Positions 1 through 10,104 of a stretch of DNA of 64,000 nt are shown one piece after another. The notes under the pieces were generated by a model that worked only from the letters and a program-made list of their open reading frames with translations, did no database searches and was not told where the DNA came from. Within the stretch, counting starts at the first letter, position 1. The number at the start of each line of letters is the position of its first letter. The stretch lies in assembly GCA_023460235.1 (NCBI GenBank), contig JAEWRE010000043.1, positions 42 to 64,041 on the forward strand, read 5' to 3'. The DNA is from Bacillota bacterium. GTDB taxonomy: Bacteria; Bacillota; Clostridia; TANB77; CAG-465. Made by a program: the position numbers and the translations under genes.

Positions 1-1959
1 AAAATAACAATAGATTATGGTGATAGTGTAACAAAACAATACAAAATTGGTGAGTCAAATACAACATGGACAAATTACACAGGAGAAATAACACTAACAT
101 CAAGTACAGTACTTGCAAACAACTGGAAGAACGTAGACGGAACAGTAACAATATATGCAAAAGGTACTGATAGTGTAGGAAATGTAAAAAATGAAACTAA
201 GAAGATACTAAACTTAGATTTAGATGCACCTAAAGCACCAGTAATAAACTCAAGTGCGGGATATCCAACAATAACTTCATATGGAGTAATATATGACGCT
301 ACAACTACAATAACTTATGATACAAGAAGCGATATAGATAATTACTATAGTATAGATAACGGAAATACTTGGAAAAAATATACAGGAAGCTTTGATTATC
401 CAGCAGGAACAATTATAGCAAAGAGTGTAAAAAAAGATACTCTACTTGAAGTGAGTGTAAGTAAATCTATATCTATGCCTTCTAATGCAATTGGACCTAG
501 TGCTTTTGATAAAGATGATACTACATATTTTACACCTTCAACATCATATTTAAATGTTGATCAATCAATGTGGGGAAAGAAAATGAGAATATATATTGTA
601 GCAAGTTCTGGAAGCTCTGCAACTAATATTCATAATTTTCAATTTTTGGATAGCAATGGAAGTATACTAAGTAAAGTGAGTTGGAGTTCATCAGCAACAA
701 TAAATAGTGTGTATACAGTACCAGAAAATGCAACAAGATTTTGTGTTTCTAAATTTTCAGGATATAATTTATACATTTATGAATTACAAGTGGCAGATGA
801 ACCGACTTTTACAGCATCTAACGGATATATGTTATTACACCTAGATCCAACTAAGTCAATAAAAAATCCATATCAGATGGTTTCTATAAACTATACCTCA
901 ACAAGTGTACAAAGATTATATAAGATAGGATCAACAGGTGTATGGAAAAATTATGAGGATAAAGCAATATGGGTAAATCAAGGTGAAACAATATATGCAA
1001 AGGGAATAGATAAAAATGGAAATCAAACTAGAGTAGCTCCTAGTTATACAGCCAATGTAGCAGATGCAATAGGAAAAAGTGCTTTTGATAAAGATGACAC
1101 AACATATTTTGACCCTTCAATATCATATTTAAATATTGACCCATCTATGTGGGGGAAAAAAGTTAGGATATATATTGTCGCATCTTCTAGGAATTCTGCA
1201 ACTAATATTCATAGTTTCCAATTTTTAGATAGCAATGGAACTGCACTAAGTACAGTAAAAATGAGCTCATCAGCTACAGTAAACACTGTATATACAGTTC
1301 CTGTAAATTCAACTAGACTTTGTGTTTCTAAATTTTCAGGATATAATCTCTATATATATGAAGTTCAAATAGCTGATGAACCAACTTTTACAGCGACTAA
1401 TGGATATATGTTAATACATTCAGATCCAGCTAAAGCAATAAAAAATCCATATCAAAAAATAGTAATAAGTTATACACCAACAAGTGTACAAAGATTATAC
1501 AAAATAGGTACAAATGGAGAATGGCAAGAGTACAAAGATAAGGCTGTAAATGTTAATCAAGATGAAACAATCTATGCTAAAGGTATAGATCAATATGGAA
1601 ATGAGACAAGAATAGTATCTAATTATACAGCTAATGTACCAGATGCTATAGGAAAAAATGCATATGACGGAGATGATAGTACATACTTTGTACCATCTAG
1701 TTCATATTTAGATATAGATCCATCTATGTGGGGGAAAAAATTACGAGTATATATTGCATCAAGTTCAAGTAGTTCTGCAAGTAATATTCATAGTTTTCAA
1801 TTTTTAGATAGTAATGGAACTGCGCTTAGCACAGTAAAATTGGGTTCAAAAACAACAATAAATACAACGTATACAGTGCCAGTAAATACAACAAGATTCT
1901 ATGTTACTAAATTTTCAGGATATAATCTATATCTATATGAACTACAAGTAATTAATTAA
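1..1959 (+). CDS. 3' portion of a large secreted repeat protein. It has three tandem ~190-aa units, each a discoidin/F5-8 type C-like module (xAFDKDDTTYF...MWGKK...NIHxFQFLDSNG) plus a ~50-aa 'YKIGxxGxW...TIYAKGxDxxGN' module. The 5' end lies outside the window.
   Basis: Frame 1 is open from nt 1 with no stop before the track start at 451. The 570-585 bp unit is seen three times (approx. 478-1056, 1057-1632, 1633-1956). The stop at 1957-1959 is followed by a hairpin terminator. Confidence 0.7.
   Translation, partial: KITIDYGDSVTKQYKIGESNTTWTNYTGEITLTSSTVLANNWKNVDGTVTIYAKGTDSVGNVKNETKKILNLDLDAPKAPVINSSAGYPTITSYGVIYDATTTITYDTRSDIDNYYSIDNGNTWKKYTGSFDYPAGTIIAKSVKKDTLLEVSVSKSISMPSNAIGPSAFDKDDTTYFTPSTSYLNVDQSMWGKKMRIYIVASSGSSATNIHNFQFLDSNGSILSKVSWSSSATINSVYTVPENATRFCVSKFSGYNLYIYELQVADEPTFTASNGYMLLHLDPTKSIKNPYQMVSINYTSTSVQRLYKIGSTGVWKNYEDKAIWVNQGETIYAKGIDKNGNQTRVAPSYTANVADAIGKSAFDKDDTTYFDPSISYLNIDPSMWGKKVRIYIVASSRNSATNIHSFQFLDSNGTALSTVKMSSSATVNTVYTVPVNSTRLCVSKFSGYNLYIYEVQIADEPTFTATNGYMLIHSDPAKAIKNPYQKIVISYTPTSVQRLYKIGTNGEWQEYKDKAVNVNQDETIYAKGIDQYGNETRIVSNYTANVPDAIGKNAYDGDDSTYFVPSSSYLDIDPSMWGKKLRVYIASSSSSSASNIHSFQFLDSNGTALSTVKLGSKTTINTTYTVPVNTTRFYVTKFSGYNLYLYELQVIN
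478..1956 (+). repeat. Tandem coding repeat, 3 units of ~570-585 bp with ~80-85% nt identity by eye.
   Basis: The 'gcttttgataaagatga...atgtggggaaagaaaatgagaatatatattgt' block recurs at ~484, ~1069 and ~1636. Confidence 0.7.
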
Positions 1960-1973
1960 TATAAATTTTTTTA

Positions 1974-2011
1974 AAAGTGAATGGTTTAATTTAAACTATT
2001 CACTTTTTGTT
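1974..2011 (+). terminator. Rho-independent terminator (16-bp stem AAAGTGAATGGTTTAA/TAAACTATTCACTTT, then TTTTG).
   Basis: Inverted repeat read directly, followed by a T-run. Confidence 0.6.
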
Positions 2012-2038
2012 GACAAAAGTTTATAGAAAGTATAAAAT
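2010..2038 (+). promoter_or_regulatory. Sigma-A-like promoter: -35 TTGACA (2010-2015), 17-bp spacer, -10 TAAAAT (2033-2038).
   Basis: Consensus hexamers read directly; located 29 bp upstream of the RBS of the first pilin-like gene. Confidence 0.5.
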
Positions 2039-2066
2039 ATACCTATGATATAAATAGGGTGAATAT

Positions 2067-2564
2067 ATGAAAAAAACTAGTAATTTAATAATAAAAAAAG
2101 GTATAACACTTCTTGCACTTACAATTACAATTGCAGTTATCTTGATTCTTGCATCGACAATAGTCTTAAGTTCAAATGATATTATAGCTAAAACTAAAAA
2201 GTCAGAATTTGCAAAAGAAGTATATACAATACAGACTTTAGTTAAACAATATAAATTTAAAAATAATGTTTATCCGATTGATGGAAGCATTGAGATTACA
2301 CTAAGTGAACTTGATCAAAATTCAGTATCACAATTTTCTAATGAGCTGACATATTCTACTGGAAAAATAACGTTAGAATACATAGATTTATACGAAGCTG
2401 ATGTTGAAAATACAGTTAGAGGTAATAAAAAAAGTGGTAATCAAAAAGATGTATACCTGGTATCTAATGATACTGGTAGGGTATATTATTTAAATGGACA
2501 AAAAATATCCGGGACTGTATATTATACTCTTACAGATGAATTAAAAGAATTAATTGGAAAATAA
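2067..2564 (+). CDS. Prepilin-like protein (class III signal peptide MKKTSNLIIKKG|ITLLALTITIAVILILA), 165 aa; short paralog of the next two genes.
   Basis: RBS AGGGTG. N-terminal K-rich leader, Gly, then a ~20-aa hydrophobic helix. Shared motifs YKxKNxxYPI and xDTGRVYY with ORFs 2576 and 3642. Confidence 0.65.
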   Translation: MKKTSNLIIKKGITLLALTITIAVILILASTIVLSSNDIIAKTKKSEFAKEVYTIQTLVKQYKFKNNVYPIDGSIEITLSELDQNSVSQFSNELTYSTGKITLEYIDLYEADVENTVRGNKKSGNQKDVYLVSNDTGRVYYLNGQKISGTVYYTLTDELKELIGK

Positions 2565-2575
2565 ACGGAGGAAAT

Positions 2576-3628
2576 ATGAAAAAAGGAATTTCTTTGATAG
2601 CATTACTTACTACAGTTGCTATAATAATTATTCTTGTTACTGCTGTATCTGTTTCAGGTGCTAAAACATTAAACGACTCAAAGAAAATACAATTTGCTTC
2701 TGAGATTGCATATATTCAAGAATTAGTTAATTCATATAAAGCTAAAAATGGTAACTATCCTATAAGTGACGAATATACATTTTCAACTCTTAATGTTGAA
2801 CCAAGTGCATTAACTGAGCAATTTAAAGATGAAACACTAAATGAAAATAATATTAAACTATATAAGGTTAGTACAGAACTAATTGGTGCAAATGAACTAA
2901 AATATGGAAATTTGAAAATTCCTGAGGATGTATATCTATTATCTAAAGATACAGGAAGAGTGTACTATGCTAATAGCGTTTTAATAGATAAAAAATACTA
3001 TTATACATTAACTGATGATCTCAAGAAAATAATAAACTATACAGCAGTAAATGATGAAGTGAATGCTAATGCTGTGGTTTTTGAATATCCTAATACTGAA
3101 TGGACTAATGTTCCACTTAATTTAAATATAAAGATACCAGCTAGTTATATAAATGTTAATGTAAATATAGCTAAAGAAACCGGAAATGCTAGTGTTTCTA
3201 GTACTAAAACTGAAAACAATTATAATATATATGAGATTAGAAATATGCAGGAAAATTATATAGTTCATGTATCATATAAAGAAAATGATTCAGTACAAAC
3301 TGTTCAAGTAAAGACTTTTAGCGTGTCGAATTTTGATAAAATAGCACCTACATACAAAGTTAGTAATGTGAAAACTGTTATTGACCCATCAACTTCAAAA
3401 CAGTATAGATATATAGATATAAGTGAAATAAATGATAATTTAAGTGGAGTAAAAAGCATAAAGTATGAAAATAATAAAATAGAAGATGGAAATGTACTAG
3501 GCTATTTTACTGATAAAGGTATTGAAGTTAAGAATAATATAATAACAGTAAATGATGGAGTGTCTACAATAACATTTTTTATTGTAGATAAAGCAGGAAA
3601 TTATAAATATCAATATATTGAATTGTAA
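2576..3628 (+). CDS. Large (modular) prepilin-like protein, 350 aa: MKKG|ISLIALLTTVAIIIILV N-terminus, pilin-like core, ~200-aa C-terminal extension.
   Basis: RBS GGAGG. Paralogous to 2067 and 3642. Confidence 0.65.
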   Translation: MKKGISLIALLTTVAIIIILVTAVSVSGAKTLNDSKKIQFASEIAYIQELVNSYKAKNGNYPISDEYTFSTLNVEPSALTEQFKDETLNENNIKLYKVSTELIGANELKYGNLKIPEDVYLLSKDTGRVYYANSVLIDKKYYYTLTDDLKKIINYTAVNDEVNANAVVFEYPNTEWTNVPLNLNIKIPASYINVNVNIAKETGNASVSSTKTENNYNIYEIRNMQENYIVHVSYKENDSVQTVQVKTFSVSNFDKIAPTYKVSNVKTVIDPSTSKQYRYIDISEINDNLSGVKSIKYENNKIEDGNVLGYFTDKGIEVKNNIITVNDGVSTITFFIVDKAGNYKYQYIEL

Positions 3629-3641
3629 AGAGGTGAATTAA

Positions 3642-4697
3642 TTGAAAAAAGGTATAACATTAGTATCAGTATTAATAGCAGTAGCGGTAATTTTTATCCT
3701 TGTTACTTCAATAACAATATCTGGAATTTCAACAGTAAATAACTCAAAAAAAATGTCACTTTCATCTGAAATTGCAATGTTAAAAAATGCTTCCGATTCA
3801 TATAAAATAAAAAATGATGGAGAATATCCTATATCAGATGCTTTACTACTTGATGTGTCAAATGTTAGTAGTAATTCAATTAATCAATTCTCAGATGAAA
3901 CTATTGAAGATAATAAAATACTTCTTTATCAAATTGATTATAACAAAATAAGTGTTGGTGATTTGAAATATGGTAAATTAAAAAATGGTGATAATGATAC
4001 ATATGTGATTTCTAAAAAAACTGGTAAAGTGTATTATGCAAAGGGAATAGAAATTGGCGGTGTTACTTATTTTTATATTCAAAACAATTCTGAAGAATTA
4101 TTAAATAATGATAAGAACATTACCAATCCAGCTATTATATTTGAACAAAGTAATATTAAACCAACAAATGAAGATGTAACTATTAAGATAAAAGTGCCTG
4201 TTAATTATATTGTACAAGATGTAGCAGTAGAGAATAATATTATTACACAAAGCACCACTGAATCAACATATAACATATATGAATATACAGTTTCAGCAAA
4301 TTGTACAATTTCAGTAAAATATAAAATAACTTCAAATGATCAAGTTATTGAAACAAAGTATAATCTAACAAATATTGATAAAGTACCGCCAGTTTTGACG
4401 GTTCAAGATGCTTCACAAACATTAACACAAAATAGTAATGGAGAAAATATTGCATTTTTTACATTTACCCAGAAAATGGATGCTAATAGTGGATTAGAAG
4501 TGGTAAAATTTGTTAATTATAAAGTTGAAAAGGATATAGATAAATTTTTTGAAAACAATGGTACAAAAGTCACTGGTGATAAAATAAGTATAGGTAAGGG
4601 CGTTAGAGTAATAACTGTATATGCTAGAGATAAGGCAGGAAATGGGGCAGTTTTATATGTAAATGTTCTATCTTCAATTTATGATGCATTAATATAA
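3642..4697 (+). CDS. Large (modular) prepilin-like protein, 351 aa: MKKG|ITLVSVLIAVAVIFILV; paralog of 2576.
   Basis: TTG start with RBS AGAGGTG. Same architecture as 2576. Confidence 0.6.
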   Translation: MKKGITLVSVLIAVAVIFILVTSITISGISTVNNSKKMSLSSEIAMLKNASDSYKIKNDGEYPISDALLLDVSNVSSNSINQFSDETIEDNKILLYQIDYNKISVGDLKYGKLKNGDNDTYVISKKTGKVYYAKGIEIGGVTYFYIQNNSEELLNNDKNITNPAIIFEQSNIKPTNEDVTIKIKVPVNYIVQDVAVENNIITQSTTESTYNIYEYTVSANCTISVKYKITSNDQVIETKYNLTNIDKVPPVLTVQDASQTLTQNSNGENIAFFTFTQKMDANSGLEVVKFVNYKVEKDIDKFFENNGTKVTGDKISIGKGVRVITVYARDKAGNGAVLYVNVLSSIYDALI

Positions 4698-4787
4698 AAA
4701 TTTAAAATAAAAGTAATATTTTTTTAGAAATAAAAGTTTATCTTTTATTTCTTTTTTCTTTATATCACTGAAATATATAAGTTATGA

Positions 4788-4816
4788 TTGACATATAATG
4801 CAAATAGTAGTATAAT
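4788..4816 (+). promoter_or_regulatory. Consensus sigma-A promoter: -35 TTGACA (4788-4793), exact 17-bp spacer, -10 TATAAT (4811-4816).
   Basis: Perfect hexamers read directly; 41 bp upstream of the GT2 start. Confidence 0.7.
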
Positions 4817-4857
4817 CATACTTGGAAAAGTTTCTCGAAAAAAGGTGGAAATTGTAA

Positions 4858-6120
4858 ATGGAATTAATTAAAATCATGCTAAAATTGGTTTACTATATAA
4901 TCGAAATATTTATAATTATTTATTCAGTATATTATATATTTACTGGTATTTTCGTATTCTTTAATAGAAAGAAAAGCACTATAAGAAAATATAAAGCAAA
5001 ACATAAACTTGCTGTTATAATTGCTGCTAGAAACGAAGAGAAAGTAATCCCACATTTATTAGATAGTTTAAATAAACAAGATTACCCTAAAGAACTTTAT
5101 GATGTTTTTGTAGTTCCTAATAATTGCAAAGATAATACAATGGAAGTATCACTAAAAAAAGGTGCAAAAATAATAGAATGTTTAGAAAGCGTTTGTTCAA
5201 AAGGAGATGTTTTAAAATATACTTTTGAATATATGGATAAAAAGCATAATGAATATGATGCATATGTAATATTTGATGCAGATAATATAGTACATAAAAA
5301 TTTCTTAGCTAGAATGAATGATGCCCTATGTTCAGGTTTTAGAGTAGCACAGGGATATAGAGACAGTAAAAATCCATCAGATAGTTGGATATCATGTTGC
5401 TATTCACTATTTTATTGGATACAAAATTACTTCTTTAATGAAGCAAGAATGAATATGGGATGGTCTTCTTCTATAAATGGAACTGGATTTATGATTGCAA
5501 GAGAAGTTATAGAAAAAAATAAATTTAACACAGTTACTATGACTGAAGATATTGAGTTTGCTGCTCAATGTGCTATAAATAATGAGAGAATAGCATTTGT
5601 AAAAGATGCAATAACTTATGATGAACAACCGCTTACATTTTCACAATCATGGAAACAACGTAAACGTTGGTCAATGGGGACAATTCAATGTCTTAATACT
5701 TATTTTTATAGATTAGTTACTACTGGATTTAAAAAGAAAATACCTCAATGTATGGATATGGCATTATTTTTCTTGGCACCAATTATGCAACTTCTTGCAA
5801 CAGTTATAATACTTATGCTAATAATGTATAATATGCTAGACATACATGTATCTGATTTTATGAAATATGCTTATGATAATAAAGTTTTTTCATTAGTTTT
5901 TGGATATGTGGCTAGTGTTGTACTTGCTCTATTTGTTGTGATAATGGAAAAGAAAACAATAAGAAGAACAATAAAAGGTATACTTACTCTATCTTTCTTT
6001 ATGATTACATGGATACCAATAAATATAATTTGTCTTGTAAAAAAAGAATATGTATGGGAACCTATTGAACATAATAGAACTGTTGATATAGAAAGTATAA
6101 TAGAATTAAAATGTAAATAA
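4858..6120 (+). CDS. Membrane-embedded processive family-2 glycosyltransferase (DxD 'FDADN', 'QRKRW' = QxxRW motif; N- and C-terminal TM helices). Resembles the PgaC/IcaA/cellulose-synthase class.
   Basis: RBS AAGGTGG. Motifs read in the translation; 420 aa. Confidence 0.7.
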   Translation: MELIKIMLKLVYYIIEIFIIIYSVYYIFTGIFVFFNRKKSTIRKYKAKHKLAVIIAARNEEKVIPHLLDSLNKQDYPKELYDVFVVPNNCKDNTMEVSLKKGAKIIECLESVCSKGDVLKYTFEYMDKKHNEYDAYVIFDADNIVHKNFLARMNDALCSGFRVAQGYRDSKNPSDSWISCCYSLFYWIQNYFFNEARMNMGWSSSINGTGFMIAREVIEKNKFNTVTMTEDIEFAAQCAINNERIAFVKDAITYDEQPLTFSQSWKQRKRWSMGTIQCLNTYFYRLVTTGFKKKIPQCMDMALFFLAPIMQLLATVIILMLIMYNMLDIHVSDFMKYAYDNKVFSLVFGYVASVVLALFVVIMEKKTIRRTIKGILTLSFFMITWIPINIICLVKKEYVWEPIEHNRTVDIESIIELKCK

Positions 6121-6126
6121 TAAAAT

Positions 6127-6169
6127 AAAAGAATTCAAGATCTTTAAAGATTTTGGATTCTTTTATTTT
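6127..6169 (+). terminator. Rho-independent terminator (AAAAGAAT...ATTCTTTT, then ATTTT).
   Basis: Inverted repeat plus T-run immediately after the GT2 stop. Confidence 0.55.
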
Positions 6170-6326
6170 GCCCATTTTAGTTATTAAAATACATGATTAA
6201 CTTTTTTTGCCAAAAGTAGTCAAATTATTTAGGCATGTACACTACTTTTTCTACATATATTTTAGTATACGTATTGTATAACATATGTAAATAAAAAGAA
6301 ATTAAATTGATTTAAAGAGGTGCCAA

Positions 6327-7238
6327 ATGATTAATGAAATTTTAAGAAATCTACCACCTAAAATAGCAAAAGAAATAGAAAATATAGGCTCAAGAGATAG
6401 TATAAATGAAATAAGACTACGTGTTGGTAAAAAAGGTGTTGTAATAACAAGTGGGGTAGAAGTACAAATAGAAAGTTATGTGATGCTACAAGACTTGTTA
6501 GATATATTAATAAAAATATCAAAAAACTCTATTTATGCAATTCAAAATGATATAAATAATGGATTTGTAGTTATTCCAGGAGGACATAGAATAGGAATAT
6601 GTGGAGAAGTTGTAATATGTGATGATAAGATAAAAAATATAAAAAATATCAGCAGTATGAATATAAGAGTGGCAAGGCAACTTATAGGATGTGCAGACAA
6701 AATATTACCATATATAATAGAGGATGGACAGTTTACAAATACTCTAATAGTTTCTCCACCAGGCTGTGGAAAAACAACTATGTTAAGGGATACTATAAGA
6801 CAACTTAGTAATGGAATTCCATATCTACAATTCTCAGGAAAAAATATAGGTCTGGTTGATGAGAGAGGCGAAATAGCTTGTGTTTGCAACGGAATAACAA
6901 ATTTAGATGTTGGAATACGAACAGATATAATTTCAAACTGTTCTAAGTCAATAGGTATGGAAATGTTGGTAAGAAGTATGGGGATATCTATAATAGCAAC
7001 TGATGAAATCGGTAGTTATAATGATATAGATGCTATCAGATATGCATCATGTAGTGGTGTAGGATTAATTTTTACAATGCATGGCAGAAATTATGAAGAT
7101 ATTTCTAAAAAGCAAGGAATAAAAGAATTAATTGATGATAATATTTTTTCAAATATAATATTTTTATCTAATAAGAATGGTCCAGGAACAATAGAAAAGA
7201 TACATAAAATAACAAATAAAAAATTAGAGGTGAGTTGA
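6327..7238 (+). CDS. spoIIIAA: Stage III sporulation protein AA (ATPase; Walker A 'SPPGCGKTT').
   Basis: RBS AGAGGTG; 303 aa. First gene of an 8-gene operon whose sizes match spoIIIAA-AH (303/172/64/127/397/174/187/191 aa). Confidence 0.85.
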   Translation: MINEILRNLPPKIAKEIENIGSRDSINEIRLRVGKKGVVITSGVEVQIESYVMLQDLLDILIKISKNSIYAIQNDINNGFVVIPGGHRIGICGEVVICDDKIKNIKNISSMNIRVARQLIGCADKILPYIIEDGQFTNTLIVSPPGCGKTTMLRDTIRQLSNGIPYLQFSGKNIGLVDERGEIACVCNGITNLDVGIRTDIISNCSKSIGMEMLVRSMGISIIATDEIGSYNDIDAIRYASCSGVGLIFTMHGRNYEDISKKQGIKELIDDNIFSNIIFLSNKNGPGTIEKIHKITNKKLEVS

Positions 7239-7757
7239 TTGATTATTATTAAAATTATATTAAGCTTTGGTATAGTTTTCTTATGCGGATATATAGGTGT
7301 ATTAAAATCAAAGAAATTAAAAGATAGAGAATATATATTAAGAGAGATGATTACATTTTTGAATTTAGTTGAAAATGAAATAAGATATATGATGAGTATA
7401 TTACCTAATGCATATGAATCATCAAGACAAAAATTAACAACTAGTTTAAAAAGTGCAATAGGGCAAATTGTTGTAGATATGCTAAGTTTTGAAAGTTATA
7501 CACTTATTGACCAAAGTATAGTTAAAAATATTTCTTCAATTGAAGAATTGTCTGAATATGATAAAAATGTATTTATATCAACACTTAAAAATCTTGGTAG
7601 GAGTGATGTAGATTCTCAAATTAATATAATTGAAAATGGTGTTAAAATACTTGAAAATCAAGTAAAAGAAGCAAACGAATTTAAACTTGTAAATTCAAAA
7701 TTGTATAGGACTATGGGTGTTATAACTGGTCTTATGGTTGTAATTATATTTATATAA
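7239..7757 (+). CDS. spoIIIAB: Stage III sporulation protein AB.
   Basis: Position and size (172 aa) in the operon; TTG start right after the AA stop, RBS GAGGTG. Confidence 0.7.
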   Translation: MIIIKIILSFGIVFLCGYIGVLKSKKLKDREYILREMITFLNLVENEIRYMMSILPNAYESSRQKLTTSLKSAIGQIVVDMLSFESYTLIDQSIVKNISSIEELSEYDKNVFISTLKNLGRSDVDSQINIIENGVKILENQVKEANEFKLVNSKLYRTMGVITGLMVVIIFI

Positions 7758-7769
7758 TGAGGTGTTAAT

Positions 7770-7964
7770 ATGGATATTGATTTATTATTTAAAATAGCTG
7801 GTATTGGAATATTAGTAGCAGTATTAAACCAAGTACTTACAAAGGCTGGTAGAGAAGATCAAGCAATGATGACAACTCTTACTGGACTTATAATTGTGCT
7901 TATGATTGTAATATCGCAAATAAGCAATTTATTTGAAACAGTAAGGACTGCATTTAATTTATAG
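7770..7964 (+). CDS. spoIIIAC: Stage III sporulation protein AC (64 aa, two TM helices).
   Basis: Size, hydrophobicity and synteny; similar to the B. subtilis SpoIIIAC pattern. Confidence 0.75.
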   Translation: MDIDLLFKIAGIGILVAVLNQVLTKAGREDQAMMTTLTGLIIVLMIVISQISNLFETVRTAFNL

Positions 7965-7972
7965 GTGATTCT

Positions 7973-8356
7973 ATGGAAGTTTTTAAAATAGTTGGTTTTG
8001 CACTTATTGCTGTAATAATGGTAATTATAATAAAAGAACAAAAACCAGAAATGGCACTTTTATTAACTGTAATTGCATGCATAGGTCTTATGATTTATGC
8101 GATATCCAACATATCAGATATAGTAAAGTTAATAGAAGAGTTAGTGTCAAATTCAGGTATGAATACTGAATTTTTTAGCATTATTCTTAAGGTTACGGCA
8201 ATAACTTATATTGTTGAGTTTGGAAAAAACGTCTGCATAGATGCAGGACAAAGTGCAATAGCAAATAAGTTGGAGATGGCAGGAAAAGTATTGATTTTAT
8301 CACTCTCAATTCCACTTATTAGTGCACTTGTTAATATACTAACAGGATTGGTGTAA
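7973..8356 (+). CDS. spoIIIAD: Stage III sporulation protein AD (127 aa membrane protein).
   Basis: Synteny and size. Confidence 0.7.
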   Translation: MEVFKIVGFALIAVIMVIIIKEQKPEMALLLTVIACIGLMIYAISNISDIVKLIEELVSNSGMNTEFFSIILKVTAITYIVEFGKNVCIDAGQSAIANKLEMAGKVLILSLSIPLISALVNILTGLV

Positions 8357-8358
8357 AT

Positions 8359-9552
8359 ATGATAGAAATGTTAAGAACAAAAGAAAACAAATATATAATT
8401 AGAACTCTTATAGTCATATTTTCGATAGTTTTACTTTTTTCTTTAAATATTGTACATGCTGAAGATGATACTGGTACTAATAATGTTACCAATCAAGTAT
8501 CAGAGAGTTATGATTTAACTGGCTATGTAAATACACTTAATACATATTTGGAAAATAGTCAAGTTGATGGAATAGATATAAAAAGTATAACACAAGATTT
8601 GGTAAGCAATAAAGGCTTTGAATACAAGACCCTTATATCTAAATTTTTAGGTATTTTTGCAAATGAAATACTTGTGGCAATAAGAGGAGCTATTGTTATA
8701 TATATTATTATCGTATTAATGGGAATAATAAAAAGTTTCGAACTTGAAAAAGGAAGTGATATAACTAAAATTGCCCATTTAGTATGTTTCTTAACATTAT
8801 CAACCGTTACTATAGGCACATTTGTAGGAGTTATATCAATATTTAAAGATATAACTTCCACTTTAACAACAATAATGCAGGTTATATCACCATTTTTAAT
8901 GGCTATACTAATAGCTACTGGTGCAATAACGAGTACGGGAATTATACAACCTTTACTTTTATTCATATCAAGTGCAATAGGACTACTTGTAAATTATATA
9001 GTTGTTCCGTTTCTATGCATATCAGTGGCCTTTAATGTAATATGTAGTATATCAGAAAATTTGAAGTTAAGTAGAATAGCAAAGTTATTTCCAAGTGTAG
9101 CATTATGGGCAACTGGAATATCTTTAACAGTATTTTTGGGAGTTTTATCACTTGAAACTTCTCTTAGCTCTGGAGTAGATGCTTTAAGTGTAAAAACTAC
9201 CCAAGCGGTTGTATCAAACTTTGTTCCTGTAGTTGGAAAATTTTTCTCTGATAGTTTCGAAACTGTAGTTGGGGCAACAAAAATTGTTGGTAAAGTTGGA
9301 GGAACAATAGGTATAATTGCAATTATTGTAGTATCACTTATACCAATTGTAAAAATAGCAAGTGTTTTTGTTGTATATTCACTTTTACTAGCTCTTTCTG
9401 AACCTGTATGTTCTGATGAAAGCATACATAAATATTTAGTTGGATTTACTAATGTATATAAAACATTGCTTGGAATACTTATAGGTGTAATAATACTATT
9501 TGTAATTTCAACTGGTATTATATTAAATTTAGCAAGCTCTGTAGTTACTTAA
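8359..9552 (+). CDS. spoIIIAE: Stage III sporulation protein AE (397 aa polytopic membrane protein with signal peptide).
   Basis: Synteny, size and many TM helices. Confidence 0.75.
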   Translation: MIEMLRTKENKYIIRTLIVIFSIVLLFSLNIVHAEDDTGTNNVTNQVSESYDLTGYVNTLNTYLENSQVDGIDIKSITQDLVSNKGFEYKTLISKFLGIFANEILVAIRGAIVIYIIIVLMGIIKSFELEKGSDITKIAHLVCFLTLSTVTIGTFVGVISIFKDITSTLTTIMQVISPFLMAILIATGAITSTGIIQPLLLFISSAIGLLVNYIVVPFLCISVAFNVICSISENLKLSRIAKLFPSVALWATGISLTVFLGVLSLETSLSSGVDALSVKTTQAVVSNFVPVVGKFFSDSFETVVGATKIVGKVGGTIGIIAIIVVSLIPIVKIASVFVVYSLLLALSEPVCSDESIHKYLVGFTNVYKTLLGILIGVIILFVISTGIILNLASSVVT

Positions 9553-9579
9553 TTTTACAAAAGAAAAGAGGAATGATCT

Positions 9580-10104
9580 ATGATTGTTGAAATTTTTAAA
9601 GGCTGGATTAGTTCGATGCTTTGCATAGGTATATTTGTAGCATTTATTCAACTAATAATGCCAAAATCAAATTTGAAAAAATATATCTATTCGTTAATAG
9701 GAATTGTTACTATAGTTACAGTAATTTCACCTATAGTTAATGCATTAAATAATGATAGTGTACAAACTAGTGTTGAGCAAGTCTTAAATAATATATCTGG
9801 AGATGGTAATTTAGTTGATGAAGAGGGCACAAAAAAACTTAGCGAAGATAATGTAAAAAAAGAATTTATACAAAGTATAAAAAATGATATAGAACAAAAA
9901 CTTAAAGAAAAAAATATAAGCGTTACTAATGTAAATATAATTATAAATGAGGAAAATTATGATATTGATTTAATAGAAGTAAATATTAAAAAAATTGATG
10001 ATAGTAAATCTAGTTTGGGCTCAGTAAGTAAAGTAGTTGATTATTTAAATGAAGAGTATGATATTGATTATTCCAAAATAACTGTTATAGAGGAGGGAAG
10101 TTAA
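9580..10104 (+). CDS. spoIIIAF: Stage III sporulation protein AF.
   Basis: Synteny; N-terminal TM helices; 174 aa. Confidence 0.65.
   Translation: MIVEIFKGWISSMLCIGIFVAFIQLIMPKSNLKKYIYSLIGIVTIVTVISPIVNALNNDSVQTSVEQVLNNISGDGNLVDEEGTKKLSEDNVKKEFIQSIKNDIEQKLKEKNISVTNVNIIINEENYDIDLIEVNIKKIDDSKSSLGSVSKVVDYLNEEYDIDYSKITVIEEGS

Noticed and set aside
5407-5628. Minus-strand 73-aa ORF inside the GT2 gene; likewise 6542-6889, 7859-8041, 8559-8966, 8994-9425 and 10110-10439 (minus) inside spoIIIA genes.
   Set aside because: Antisense to well-supported genes, no RBS, and a composition typical of AT-rich shadow ORFs.
6180-6326. Sigma-E-type promoter upstream of spoIIIAA (CATATGTA resembles the -10 CATACAnT).
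   Set aside because: Spacing to a plausible ATATT -35 is ~20 bp; too uncertain in AT-rich DNA to call.
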